Shown here: positions 30,737-39,618 of the stretch, in pieces | How the letters are laid out: each line of letters starts with the position of its first letter | Position numbering within the stretch: the stretch's first letter is position 1 | Source of the DNA: an uncultured SAR86 cluster bacterium | Lineage (GTDB): Bacteria > Pseudomonadota > Gammaproteobacteria > Magnimaribacterales > AG-339-G14 | Direction: 5' to 3' | Length of the DNA stretch: 64,000 nucleotides | NCBI GenBank assembly: GCA_902526045.1 | Contig: CABZJI010000001.1 | Span: 529,416 to 593,415 of the forward strand | Translations under genes and position numbers: made by a program | Notes under the pieces: model-generated | The model's input: the letters and a program-made list of their open reading frames with translations, nothing else | Told to the model about the DNA's origin: nothing | The model's database searches: none

Positions 30737-31564
30737 ATGGTTCAAATAACTGAAGTTCAATTAAAAAACCGAAAAATATCTAATAGTGATCCTGCCATTT
30801 TTATAGCTGGCATGAACGTAATTGAATCAGAGGAGCTCTGTATCTCTGTCGCAAGAGAGCTGAAAAAGATTTGTAAAAAAAATGATGTAGAATTTATATT
30901 CAAGGCTTCCTTTGACAAAGCTAACCGATCTTCAATAGATTCCTATAGAGGGCCAGGGGTTGATCAAGGCCTAAAAATTTTAAAAAAAGTTAAGGATGAA
31001 CTTAATGTCCCTATTATTTCAGACATTCATGAGCCCTCGCATGCAGAAACAGCAGCAGAAGTTCTTGATGTTATTCAAATTCCTGCTTTTTTGTCCAGAC
31101 AAACTGACTTAATTAAAGCTGCTTGCGAAACAAAAAAAGTGATAAACATAAAAAAAGCTCAATTCTTATCACCTCCGCAAATGATGAATATTATTGAAAA
31201 ATGTAATCATTTTGGTAATGAAAACATTTTGCTGTGCGAGCGAGGGAGTATTTTTGGTTATGATAATTTAGTTGTAGATTTTTTAGGGATAGACGAGATA
31301 AAAAAAATTGCCCCAACCATTTTAGATATCACTCACTCATTACAGCTTCCTGGAGGCAAAGGCAAATCCGCAGATGGGAGATCCTTTCAGGCAAAAGTTT
31401 TGGGAACTGCTGCTGCAGCTATAGGATTAGCAGGTTTTTTTATTGAAGTTCATCCAAGTCCTGAAAATGCTCTTTGCGATGGAGCATCAGCCACCAAGTT
31501 ATCTGAATTTGAAAGTTTACTAATAGAATTAAAAAAATTTGATGAAGTATCAAAATCCTCATGA
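30737..31564 (+). CDS. kdsA: 3-deoxy-8-phosphooctulonate (KDO8P) synthase
   Basis: KASFDKANRSS, IPAFLSRQTDL, DITHSLQLPGG motifs. pyrG-kdsA-eno order as in Pseudomonas. Confidence 0.95.
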   Translation: MVQITEVQLKNRKISNSDPAIFIAGMNVIESEELCISVARELKKICKKNDVEFIFKASFDKANRSSIDSYRGPGVDQGLKILKKVKDELNVPIISDIHEPSHAETAAEVLDVIQIPAFLSRQTDLIKAACETKKVINIKKAQFLSPPQMMNIIEKCNHFGNENILLCERGSIFGYDNLVVDFLGIDEIKKIAPTILDITHSLQLPGGKGKSADGRSFQAKVLGTAAAAIGLAGFFIEVHPSPENALCDGASATKLSEFESLLIELKKFDEVSKSS

Positions 31565-32841
31565 AAATTGATGAATTAAAGTTTTATGAGGTCATAGATT
31601 CGAGAGGTAATCCTACAATTGCTTGCAAGATATTTTCTGGCAAATTTTCATCAATAAGCATGGTTCCTTCTGGCGCCTCGACAGGTTCAAAAGAAGCTCA
31701 AGAAATTAGGGATAATGACAAAAAAAGATTTCTTGGTAAAGGGCTAAAAGAAGTAATCAAGAAAACTGAACATCAAATATTCGGTGCAATTTGCCAAAAA
31801 AATTTATTGGATCAAAAAGAAATAGATAATAGTCTCATTGAGCTCGACGGAAGTAAGAATAAATCAAATATTGGAGCAAATATGATTCTTGCTGTATCTA
31901 TGGCAGTCTCTAAGGTAGCTTCACAATCAGAAAACATGGAGTTATATCAATACTTGCATCAAATTGCTAAACAATTTGAAATTGACAGCGATTATTCCTT
32001 ACCTTTACCAATGATGAATATTCTTAATGGTGGCGCTCATGCAAACAATCCTCTAGAGTTTCAAGAGTTTATGATTCAGCCTGCTGGATTTGAAGATTTT
32101 GATGAAAGCCTTAGATCAGGAATAGAAATATTTCATAATCTTAAAAATGAGTTACAGGATAATAATTTTTCAACTTCGGTTGGAGATGAAGGAGGCTTTG
32201 CTCCAGAAATCTCTGATACTAAAAAAGCTTTAGATTTTATTTGTTCCGCTGTTGAAAAGTCGGGCTATAAAATGGGAGATGAAATTTTTATTGCTATGGA
32301 TTGTGCTGCGTCTGAAATATTTATTGATGGCAAATATAGTTTCGAGGGTAATAATCTTGATACTTTAGGTCTGATTCAAATTTATGAAGAACTTATAAAA
32401 AGTTATCCTATTAAATCAATTGAAGATCCTTTAGATGAAAATGATTGGGATGGATGGAAAGATATTACCAAGCAAATTGGAGATAAAGTATCTATTGTGG
32501 GAGATGACTTATTCGTTACAAATAAAAAAGTATTAGAAAAAGGAATAAAGAATGTCTCAGCTAATTCAATTCTAATTAAAGTTAATCAGATTGGAACAAT
32601 AAGCGAAACCTTAGAGACAATAAGTTTGGCAAATAAAAATAATATTAGTACTGTCATTTCTCATAGGTCTGGAGAAACAGAAGATACATTTATTTCAGAT
32701 TTTGCAGTTGGAATAGGGGCAGGACAAATAAAAACGGGGGCACCTTCTAGATCTGATAGGACAGCAAAATACAACAGACTTTTAATGATTAATAGTGATA
32801 ATAATTTTTCCTTTGAAGGAACAAATGAGATTAAAAAATGA
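31561..32841 (+). CDS. eno: enolase
   Basis: DSRGNPT, SHRSGETED, IKTGAPSRSDR motifs. Confidence 0.97.
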   Translation: MKIDELKFYEVIDSRGNPTIACKIFSGKFSSISMVPSGASTGSKEAQEIRDNDKKRFLGKGLKEVIKKTEHQIFGAICQKNLLDQKEIDNSLIELDGSKNKSNIGANMILAVSMAVSKVASQSENMELYQYLHQIAKQFEIDSDYSLPLPMMNILNGGAHANNPLEFQEFMIQPAGFEDFDESLRSGIEIFHNLKNELQDNNFSTSVGDEGGFAPEISDTKKALDFICSAVEKSGYKMGDEIFIAMDCAASEIFIDGKYSFEGNNLDTLGLIQIYEELIKSYPIKSIEDPLDENDWDGWKDITKQIGDKVSIVGDDLFVTNKKVLEKGIKNVSANSILIKVNQIGTISETLETISLANKNNISTVISHRSGETEDTFISDFAVGIGAGQIKTGAPSRSDRTAKYNRLLMINSDNNFSFEGTNEIKK

Positions 32842-33131
32842 TTGATGCATCAAAAAAATTATCATTGTTAGGTTTTTTTGTTTTTTTCTTGATTTTGACT
32901 TTCAGTAATTTTTACAAAATAATCTTAGGAAGTTATTCTTCTTCTAATATTGAAAAACTACAAAATGAAATTTTTCTTCTTAACAGTTCCATAGAGATTT
33001 TAGAATTAGAAAATAGAATTTTTGAGGTTGAAATAGCTTCTTTTTCAGATGAAGATGAAGCAATAATTGGCTTAGCTAGATTTGAGAGGGGTTTAATCAA
33101 AAAAGGGGAGCAATTAGTAGAATTTAAATAA
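32838..33131 (+). CDS. ftsB: cell division protein FtsB
   Basis: 97 aa with an N-terminal TM and a coiled-coil. Conserved eno-ftsB-ispD position. Confidence 0.8.
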   Translation: MIDASKKLSLLGFFVFFLILTFSNFYKIILGSYSSSNIEKLQNEIFLLNSSIEILELENRIFEVEIASFSDEDEAIIGLARFERGLIKKGEQLVEFK

Positions 33132-33133
33132 TA

Positions 33134-33844
33134 ATGGAAGAATACTTAGCATTAATACCTGCAGCAGGAATGGGTAGCAGAGCTCAGCAAAATATGGCGA
33201 AGCAGTTTCAAAAGATTGGAGCTAAATGTTTAATTGAATATTCTATAGAGCCATTTCTTAGAGATGAGAAATGCCAAAAAATTTGTGTAGTCCTTCAGGA
33301 GGAAGACGAAATATGGGACAGCCTTGCCATCTCTAAAAGTGAAAAAATAATTACCTGCGATGGAGGGAAATCAAGAATGGAGTCTGTTCATCTAGGCTTA
33401 AAATGTTTGCTTGAAACTGAAGACAAAGATGAACTTATTGCTATTCATGATGCTGCAAGACCCTGTTTAATTGAAGGAGAACTAAATCTTTTACTTTCTA
33501 AAGCAGAAGAAGAAATAAAAAATGAAGGGGATGGAGCTTTTTTAGCTTATCAGCCACTAGAAAGCATAAATATAGTTACGAATGGTACTGTTAAAGAATC
33601 GTTAGAAAGAAGCAAAATTTGGCTTTCGTCAACTCCACAGGTTTTTAGAATGATTGATGTCTATAACTCTATTGAATCGGCAATAGGAGAAGAAAAGATT
33701 TTTTCTGATGAGGTTTCATCAGTCAGTAATTATTTAAAAGGTCAAATCCATGCTGTTCCTTCTTCAAAATCAAATTTTAAAGTAACCAGGAAGGAAGATT
33801 TTGAAGTTGCAACAAAGATACTAAAAGAAATCGGTAGACTATGA
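33134..33844 (+). CDS. ispD: 2-C-methyl-D-erythritol 4-phosphate cytidylyltransferase
   Basis: IPAAGMGSR P-loop-like motif, HDAARP. Confidence 0.92.
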   Translation: MEEYLALIPAAGMGSRAQQNMAKQFQKIGAKCLIEYSIEPFLRDEKCQKICVVLQEEDEIWDSLAISKSEKIITCDGGKSRMESVHLGLKCLLETEDKDELIAIHDAARPCLIEGELNLLLSKAEEEIKNEGDGAFLAYQPLESINIVTNGTVKESLERSKIWLSSTPQVFRMIDVYNSIESAIGEEKIFSDEVSSVSNYLKGQIHAVPSSKSNFKVTRKEDFEVATKILKEIGRL

Positions 33845-34323
33845 CATCTGATCTCAAGATTGGATTTGGTGTTGACTATCATCAAATCCAAAAAGGCAAT
33901 TATATGATCCTTGGAGGGATTAAAATTGATTGTGGTTACTCAATATTAGCTCACTCCGATGGCGATATTATTCTTCATTCAATCTGCGATGCTTTGCTAG
34001 GAGCTGCCAGCATGGGAGATTTGGGAACGGTTTTCAAAGAAGATGATTCAACAGAGAATATTTCTAGCTCAGCTCTTCTAAATCAAGTTTTAAATTTATT
34101 AAGCAAAGGATCTTATCAAATTGTAAATTTAGATATTACTTATGTGGGCGAAGTTCCAAGAATTTCCAATTATAGAGAAGAAATTTTATCTAACTTATCG
34201 AAACTTATGAATTTAAATGAAAAGCTTTTATCTGTTAAATCAACTACTACCGATAAATTAGGAGCAATTGGAAACAGAGAGGGAATAGCCTGTTATTGTT
34301 CAGCATTAATTCAGAAAAAATGA
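33841..34323 (+). CDS. ispF: 2-C-methyl-D-erythritol 2,4-cyclodiphosphate synthase
   Basis: GFGVDYH...HSDGDI..H...DALLGA motifs. ATGA overlap with ispD. Confidence 0.94.
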   Translation: MTSDLKIGFGVDYHQIQKGNYMILGGIKIDCGYSILAHSDGDIILHSICDALLGAASMGDLGTVFKEDDSTENISSSALLNQVLNLLSKGSYQIVNLDITYVGEVPRISNYREEILSNLSKLMNLNEKLLSVKSTTTDKLGAIGNREGIACYCSALIQKK

Positions 34324-34997
34324 AGATCCTCCTAACAAATGATGATGGCTTTGAAGCACCTGGAATCTTGCAGTTACATGAATCTTTAAAAGATAAATAC
34401 GAAGTATTTTTTTTAGCACCAAAAGAGAATATGAGTGGAAAAGGATCGGCAATAACAGTTTGGGATCAGCCTTCTTTCCAAAACCATGGGAACGGAATTA
34501 ATAGTTTAAATGGTACTCCAGTAGATTGCGTGAAATACGCTATAAATTTTTATTGTCCATTTACTCCTGATTTGGTTGTCTCAGGTATAAACCCAGGTCC
34601 AAATCTAGGAACGGATATCTTCTTTTCAGGGACTATCGGAGCAGCCCTCGAAGGTAGGAATTTAAAATATCCATCTATTGCTTTATCAGCTAATTCGTTT
34701 GAACTTAATGACTACAGTCATCAAGTAAAAATATCAGAAGAAATAATAGGAAAATTAGATCAGCTGGAATTTAATTCACAATGCATTCTTAATGTGAATA
34801 TTCCAAATTACTCAGATAACAACAATCCTAGAGTAGACTTTACAGTTCCATCTCTTGAAATAGGTGAAAATAATTTTTCAGAAGATAGAAAAAGTTTGGA
34901 GAAAGGTAATATATCTATTTCAGCACTAACACCAATTCTTTGCTCTCAAGATAATAATGATATTGCTAGCTCTTGGGTAAAAAAACTAAACTATTGA
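34320..34997 (+). CDS. surE: 5'/3'-nucleotidase SurE
   Basis: MKILLTNDDG start at ATG 34320, overlapping the ispF stop (ATGA). The track's upstream start at 34296 is less likely. GINPGPNLG motif. No truD between ispF and surE. Confidence 0.92.
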   Translation: MKILLTNDDGFEAPGILQLHESLKDKYEVFFLAPKENMSGKGSAITVWDQPSFQNHGNGINSLNGTPVDCVKYAINFYCPFTPDLVVSGINPGPNLGTDIFFSGTIGAALEGRNLKYPSIALSANSFELNDYSHQVKISEEIIGKLDQLEFNSQCILNVNIPNYSDNNNPRVDFTVPSLEIGENNFSEDRKSLEKGNISISALTPILCSQDNNDIASSWVKKLNY

Positions 34998-35641
34998 TAA
35001 CCAATAAAATAGAAAAATTAGTCAAAGTCCTTTCGGAGAAAGGTATTTCTGATGTGCGAGTATTACAAGCGATGCTGGAAATCCCAAGACATGAGTTTCT
35101 TGATGGTGTTTTTGATGCACAAGCATATAAAGATATGTCACTGCCAATTGGACACAAGCAAACTATCTCCCAACCTTTCATTGTTGCAAGAATGACAGAA
35201 TTACTTATATCAGGCAGTGCTTTTGTAGATAGACCGCTTGGAGAGGTATTAGAAATAGGTGCGGGTTGTGGTTATCAAACAGCCGTCTTATCTAAAATTT
35301 GTCGAAAAGTTTTTGCTATAGAAAGGATAGAACAGTTATGCACTGTTGCAAAAAAGAATTTAAAAAAACTTAACATTAATAACTTTGAAATAAAGCATGG
35401 CGATGGATATGAAGGGTGGAAAATTGAAAAAAAATTTGACGGAATTCTTTGTGCTGCAGCTGCCCCTTTAGTTCCAAAAAAATTAAAGCAACAACTTAAC
35501 TTAGGAGCAAAGCTAGTATGCCCAGTAGGAGATAAAGAAAATCAAAAATTAATGACTGTAAAAAGAATATCCATAGAGGGGTTTGAAGAAGAATTAGTTG
35601 AAAATGTTTTGTTTGTTCCAATGTTAGAAGGAGTGGACTAA
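34973..35641 (+). CDS. pcm: protein-L-isoaspartate O-methyltransferase
   Basis: IPRHEF, ISQPFIVARM, SAM motif EIGAGCGYQTAVL. surE-pcm pairing. Confidence 0.93.
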   Translation: MGKKTKLLITNKIEKLVKVLSEKGISDVRVLQAMLEIPRHEFLDGVFDAQAYKDMSLPIGHKQTISQPFIVARMTELLISGSAFVDRPLGEVLEIGAGCGYQTAVLSKICRKVFAIERIEQLCTVAKKNLKKLNINNFEIKHGDGYEGWKIEKKFDGILCAAAAPLVPKKLKQQLNLGAKLVCPVGDKENQKLMTVKRISIEGFEEELVENVLFVPMLEGVD

Positions 35642-35670
35642 AACCACCCCTTCATCCCCTTATAGATCTA

Positions 35671-36075
35671 TTAAATAAACTTTGAGCAACTTCCTTTTTC
35701 AAAAAAAGCTGCTAGTTTTAAATTATCTAAATCTTGAATAAATTCCTTTTGAATATCACAACTTCTAGGGTTTTTGATAGAATTGTATTTTATAAACTGA
35801 AGATAATCCGCATAGATTCCCACTAAGGTCAATGACTTAATTTCTTTTGTAAGTGTTTTATCTATGAAAACAGTATTAGGTTGATCTGTCCTGAAACATG
35901 CAGCCATTTTTCCTTCGCACATGATTCGTAGTTTTCTTTGATCAAGTTCTTGTACCTTAGGAGCATCAACAGATGAAATATTTGATAATTTTTGAGTATT
36001 TTCAAATAGATTAAGGTGATCATTAGAGGATACAAGCCCCGCAACGAACATCAATACTAATAATGTTTTTCCCAT
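35671..36075 (-). CDS. small secreted hypothetical protein with several Cys (134 aa)
   Basis: Signal-peptide-like N-terminus MGKTLLVLMFVAGLVSS. Five Cys residues in the mature part. No recognisable family. Occupies the slot where nlpD-rpoS normally follow pcm. Confidence 0.55.
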   Translation of the reverse strand: MGKTLLVLMFVAGLVSSNDHLNLFENTQKLSNISSVDAPKVQELDQRKLRIMCEGKMAACFRTDQPNTVFIDKTLTKEIKSLTLVGIYADYLQFIKYNSIKNPRSCDIQKEFIQDLDNLKLAAFFEKGSCSKFI

Positions 36076-36161
36076 AATGTTTCTTATTAGTGACCATATT
36101 ATGGCAATTGCGTGACATTTACTATAAAAACTTAAATATTTTTAATAATTTTTTACTATAA

Positions 36162-36488
36162 CTAATCTAATTCTAAATAACTTAACTTATCCTCTCTTTT
36201 TTCCCATTCTTTGTAATCTGGCATAGGATCTTTAGCTTCGGTGATATTAGGCCAGATTTTTGAATATTTTTCGTTAATTTCAATGAAATCTAATTGATCT
36301 GCAGGGACTTCGTCTTCTGCAAAAATAGCATCAACAGGACATTCTGGTTCACATAACCCACAATCGATGCATTCCTCTGGATCTATAACAAGAATATTTT
36401 TACCTTCATAAAAACAATCAACAGGGCAAACCTGCACACAAGTAGTATGCTTACAATTTATGCAGTCTTTCCCGACAACGAAAGTCAT
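36162..36488 (-). CDS. fdxA: 7Fe (3Fe-4S/4Fe-4S) ferredoxin, Azotobacter FdxA type
   Basis: [18 protein letters not shown] and [16 protein letters not shown] cluster motifs. 108 aa. Confidence 0.93.
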   Translation of the reverse strand: MTFVVGKDCINCKHTTCVQVCPVDCFYEGKNILVIDPEECIDCGLCEPECPVDAIFAEDEVPADQLDFIEINEKYSKIWPNITEAKDPMPDYKEWEKREDKLSYLELD

Positions 36489-36508
36489 AAATCATTATAA
36501 TTTGTTTC

Positions 36509-37000
36509 ATGGATGACAACCTAGGTAAAAATGCTACTGAACTTGGAAAAATTCTATTAAAGAATCAATTATTTATATCATTTGCAGAATCATGCACAGG
36601 AGGCCTTTTGGGCTCAAGCTTGATATCAGTTCCTGGAAGCTCTAAGTGGGTAAGCCAGGGATTTGTCACCTATTCAAATATCGCAAAATTAAAATTTCTT
36701 GGAGTGAATAAACAAACACTTAAGGATTTTGGAGCCGTTGATACTAAAGTAACAGATGAAATGGTAAAGGGTGTCCTAAAATATGATCTTGCTGATATAG
36801 CAATTGCTATAAGTGGAGTTGCAGGCCCTACAGGTGGATCTAAGTCTAAGCCTGTGGGAACCGTTTGTATCAGCATTGGGAATAACGAGGAAATTTTATC
36901 TAAACAACACTTCTTTGAGGGGGATAGAAATCAAGTAAGAGCCCAGTCTGCAGAAATAGCAATAAAAGACGCAATTAATTTTATAAAAAATATTGATTAA
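36509..37000 (+). CDS. pncC: CinA C-terminal domain protein / nicotinamide-nucleotide amidohydrolase PncC
   Basis: AESCTGGLLGS and SGVAGPTGGSK.KPVGTV motifs. Immediately upstream of recA as cinA is in many bacteria. Confidence 0.85.
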   Translation: MDDNLGKNATELGKILLKNQLFISFAESCTGGLLGSSLISVPGSSKWVSQGFVTYSNIAKLKFLGVNKQTLKDFGAVDTKVTDEMVKGVLKYDLADIAIAISGVAGPTGGSKSKPVGTVCISIGNNEEILSKQHFFEGDRNQVRAQSAEIAIKDAINFIKNID

Positions 37001-37022
37001 TTCTTTAAAGTATTATTAAATA

Positions 37023-37038
37023 CTGTATAAATATACAG
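37023..37038 (+). promoter_or_regulatory. LexA SOS box in the recA promoter
   Basis: taCTGTATAAATATACAGgt is a perfect CTGT-N8-ACAG palindrome ending 8 nt before the recA ATG. Compare the E. coli recA box TACTGTATGAGCATACAGTA. Confidence 0.85.
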
Positions 37039-37046
37039 GTTAAATT

Positions 37047-38063
37047 ATGGCTAGATCTTCAAAGGAATCCCAAACAAAAGATAGAGTAAAATCTCTACAG
37101 TCCGCCCTTAGTCAAATTGAGACCCAATTTGGCCCTGGAACAATAATGAGGATGGGAGATAGAGAGGTTCAGAATATACCTTCTATTTCAACGGGTTCAT
37201 TAGGTCTTGATGTTGCTCTCGGAATAGGTGGACTGCCAAAAGGAAGAGTGGTTGAAATTTTTGGGCCTGAATCTTCAGGGAAAACAACTTTAACTCTTCA
37301 AATTATCGCTGAGTGTCAAAAAGCAGGTGGAACCGCAGCATTCATTGATGCAGAACATGCACTGGACCCTTCTTATGCCGAAAAAATTGGTGTAAATGTT
37401 GATGACTTACTTTTATCTCAGCCTGATACAGGAGAGCAAGCTCTTGAAGTAGCAGATATTATGGTTAAGTCAGAAAGTGTTGATGTGCTAGTAATTGATT
37501 CTGTTGCTGCCCTTGTCCCAAGAGCTGAAATCGAAGGTGATATGGGTGATCATCATGTTGGTCTGCAAGCTAGATTAATGTCTCAAGCTTTGAGAAAAAT
37601 AACTGGAAGCATACAAAAATCAAACACATTAGTTATTTTTATCAATCAAATCAGAATGAAAATCGGCGTTATGTTTGGCAATCCAGAAACAACAACTGGA
37701 GGAAATGCACTCAAGTTTTACTCTTCTGTGAGACTGGATATTAGAAGAATCGGAACTGTTAAGGATGGAGATGAAGTAACGGGAAATGAAACACGAGTAA
37801 AAGTAGTAAAAAATAAAGTTTCACCTCCATTCAGGCAAGCTGAATTCCAAATTATTTATAACAAAGGGATCAATAGAACAGGCGAACTTGTCGATATGGC
37901 CGCTGAGAAGAAAATAATTGAAAAGGCTGGAGCTTGGTATTCCTACGAAGGAGAAAAAATTGGCCAAGGTAAATCAAACGCCTGTGAATTTTTAGATGCC
38001 AATCAAAAGATATCTCAAGAAATAGAAAAAAAACTATTCAATGCCATTAAGGCTTCAGCTTAG
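37047..38063 (+). CDS. recA: recombinase RecA
   Basis: Walker [34 protein letters not shown] motifs. Confidence 0.98.
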   Translation: MARSSKESQTKDRVKSLQSALSQIETQFGPGTIMRMGDREVQNIPSISTGSLGLDVALGIGGLPKGRVVEIFGPESSGKTTLTLQIIAECQKAGGTAAFIDAEHALDPSYAEKIGVNVDDLLLSQPDTGEQALEVADIMVKSESVDVLVIDSVAALVPRAEIEGDMGDHHVGLQARLMSQALRKITGSIQKSNTLVIFINQIRMKIGVMFGNPETTTGGNALKFYSSVRLDIRRIGTVKDGDEVTGNETRVKVVKNKVSPPFRQAEFQIIYNKGINRTGELVDMAAEKKIIEKAGAWYSYEGEKIGQGKSNACEFLDANQKISQEIEKKLFNAIKASA

Positions 38064-39303
38064 TTAAAATATTTTTTTTATCTTCTTTGAGTGAAGTTCC
38101 CTCAGATCTAACTTTTAGTTCCAGAAGTTTTTCCTTTTGGTTTTTTTCACTTATTATTAATTGAAATGGAATACCGGTAAGATCTGCATCCTTAAATTTC
38201 TTTCCTGGCGATTCATTTCTATCATCTATTATCGAATCTACTCCAATTTTTGTTAGGTCGTTTTGAAGAGACTCAGCTTCAGTAAGATGATTTTCATCAT
38301 CACCAATGATAATTATTATTGCTTCAAATGGCGCAATTGATCTTGGAAAGATAATTCCATCCTGATCATAATTTTGTTCTATTGAAGCAGCAATAATTCT
38401 TGATATGCCTATTCCGTAACATCCCATCAGAGGATTTATTTTTCCCTCTTTAGTTTGAATAGAGAGAGATAATGACTTGCTATATTTATCACCTAATTGA
38501 AATATATGACCAACTTCAATTCCTCTTTTAATTAAATATTTTTTTCCATCTTTCTCATGAAGATGATCAATTATTTCTTGATCAGATTTCTCTTCAAATA
38601 ACTCTAGATTACTAGCAAATAATTCATCATCGCTAAAAATTATTTTATCCTCTCCTGAATCCGCTAAAACGTGAAATTCTTCTGATCTAGATCCACCAAT
38701 TGCTCCTGAATCAGCTAAAACTATTCTGTAATCAAATCCAATTTCATTAAATATTTTTTGATATGCATCTTTCATCAAGTCGTAACTTTCTTTCATGCCT
38801 TTTTCATTAATATCAAATGAGTAGGCATCCTTCATAAGAAACTCACGGGAACGCATTACTCCAAATCTTGGTCTAATTTCATCTCTAAACTTGGTTTGAA
38901 TTTGATAATAATTAGCAGGAAGATCTTTTGGACTGTTCAAAGTTTTTCTTGCAATATCTGTAATTATTTCTTCATGTGTTGGCCCCAATACAAAACTTCT
39001 ATCATTTCTGTCTTCAAATTTAAGTAATTCTGGACCATACTCTGACAATCTTTTGGATTCCTCCCATAAATCAGAGGGTTGAACCATAGGCATTAGTATT
39101 TCTTGAGCTCCTGCCTGATCCATACATTTTCTGACAATGTTCTCGACCTTTTTGAGAGATCTTAATCCTAAGGGCAACCAGGTATAGATCCCTGAGGCGT
39201 TTAGTTTGATCATTGAGGATCTGAGCATGAGTTTATGACTCATTAACTCAGCGTCAGAAGGTGAGTCTTTTAACGTTTTATAGTGATAAGAGCTAGTTTT
39301 CAT
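38047..39303 (-). CDS. proS: prolyl-tRNA synthetase, bacterial type but lacking the INS editing domain (418 aa)
   Basis: Class II motifs [25 protein letters not shown] and [25 protein letters not shown]. Only about 25 aa separate [10 protein letters not shown]...NLELFEE from [10 protein letters not shown], where E. coli has about 185 aa. Confidence 0.9.
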   Translation of the reverse strand: MKTSSYHYKTLKDSPSDAELMSHKLMLRSSMIKLNASGIYTWLPLGLRSLKKVENIVRKCMDQAGAQEILMPMVQPSDLWEESKRLSEYGPELLKFEDRNDRSFVLGPTHEEIITDIARKTLNSPKDLPANYYQIQTKFRDEIRPRFGVMRSREFLMKDAYSFDINEKGMKESYDLMKDAYQKIFNEIGFDYRIVLADSGAIGGSRSEEFHVLADSGEDKIIFSDDELFASNLELFEEKSDQEIIDHLHEKDGKKYLIKRGIEVGHIFQLGDKYSKSLSLSIQTKEGKINPLMGCYGIGISRIIAASIEQNYDQDGIIFPRSIAPFEAIIIIIGDDENHLTEAESLQNDLTKIGVDSIIDDRNESPGKKFKDADLTGIPFQLIISEKNQKEKLLELKVRSEGTSLKEDKKNILTKLKP

Positions 39304-39339
39304 TTAAAATAATAACTATACCTTCAATATATAAAAAAA

Positions 39340-39615
39340 ATGCCAATTTATGAGTTTCAATGCACAAAGTGCAACAAAAAATTTGAAAAGATTTTACCTA
39401 TTTCTTCCAAGGAAACTGTGTACTGTGATTGTTCAAAAGATTCAGAGGCAAAAAAAATAATTTCAGCACCATCGTTCAGATTAAGTGGTAAGGGTTGGTA
39501 TGAAACTGATTTTAAGACAGGTTCAAAGAAAAACCTTGTACAATCTGAGCCTAAAGGAAAGAAGGCTAAACCTGAAAAAAAAGAATCTACAAAAAAAACA
39601 AAAAAGGTTGATTAG
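39340..39615 (+). CDS. FmdB-family zinc-ribbon protein
   Basis: MPIYEFQCTKC....F start and a second Cys pair (CDC), then a Lys-rich tail. Upstream of aspS, as in many proteobacteria. Confidence 0.8.
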   Translation: MPIYEFQCTKCNKKFEKILPISSKETVYCDCSKDSEAKKIISAPSFRLSGKGWYETDFKTGSKKNLVQSEPKGKKAKPEKKESTKKTKKVD

Positions 39616-39618
39616 TAC

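Noticed and set aside
36073-36105. 7-bp inverted repeat CCATAAT...ATTATGG between fdxA and the small secreted-protein gene
   Set aside because: The arms are short, the loop is 19 nt and there is no T-tract on the transcribed strand. This is compatible with chance in AT-rich DNA.
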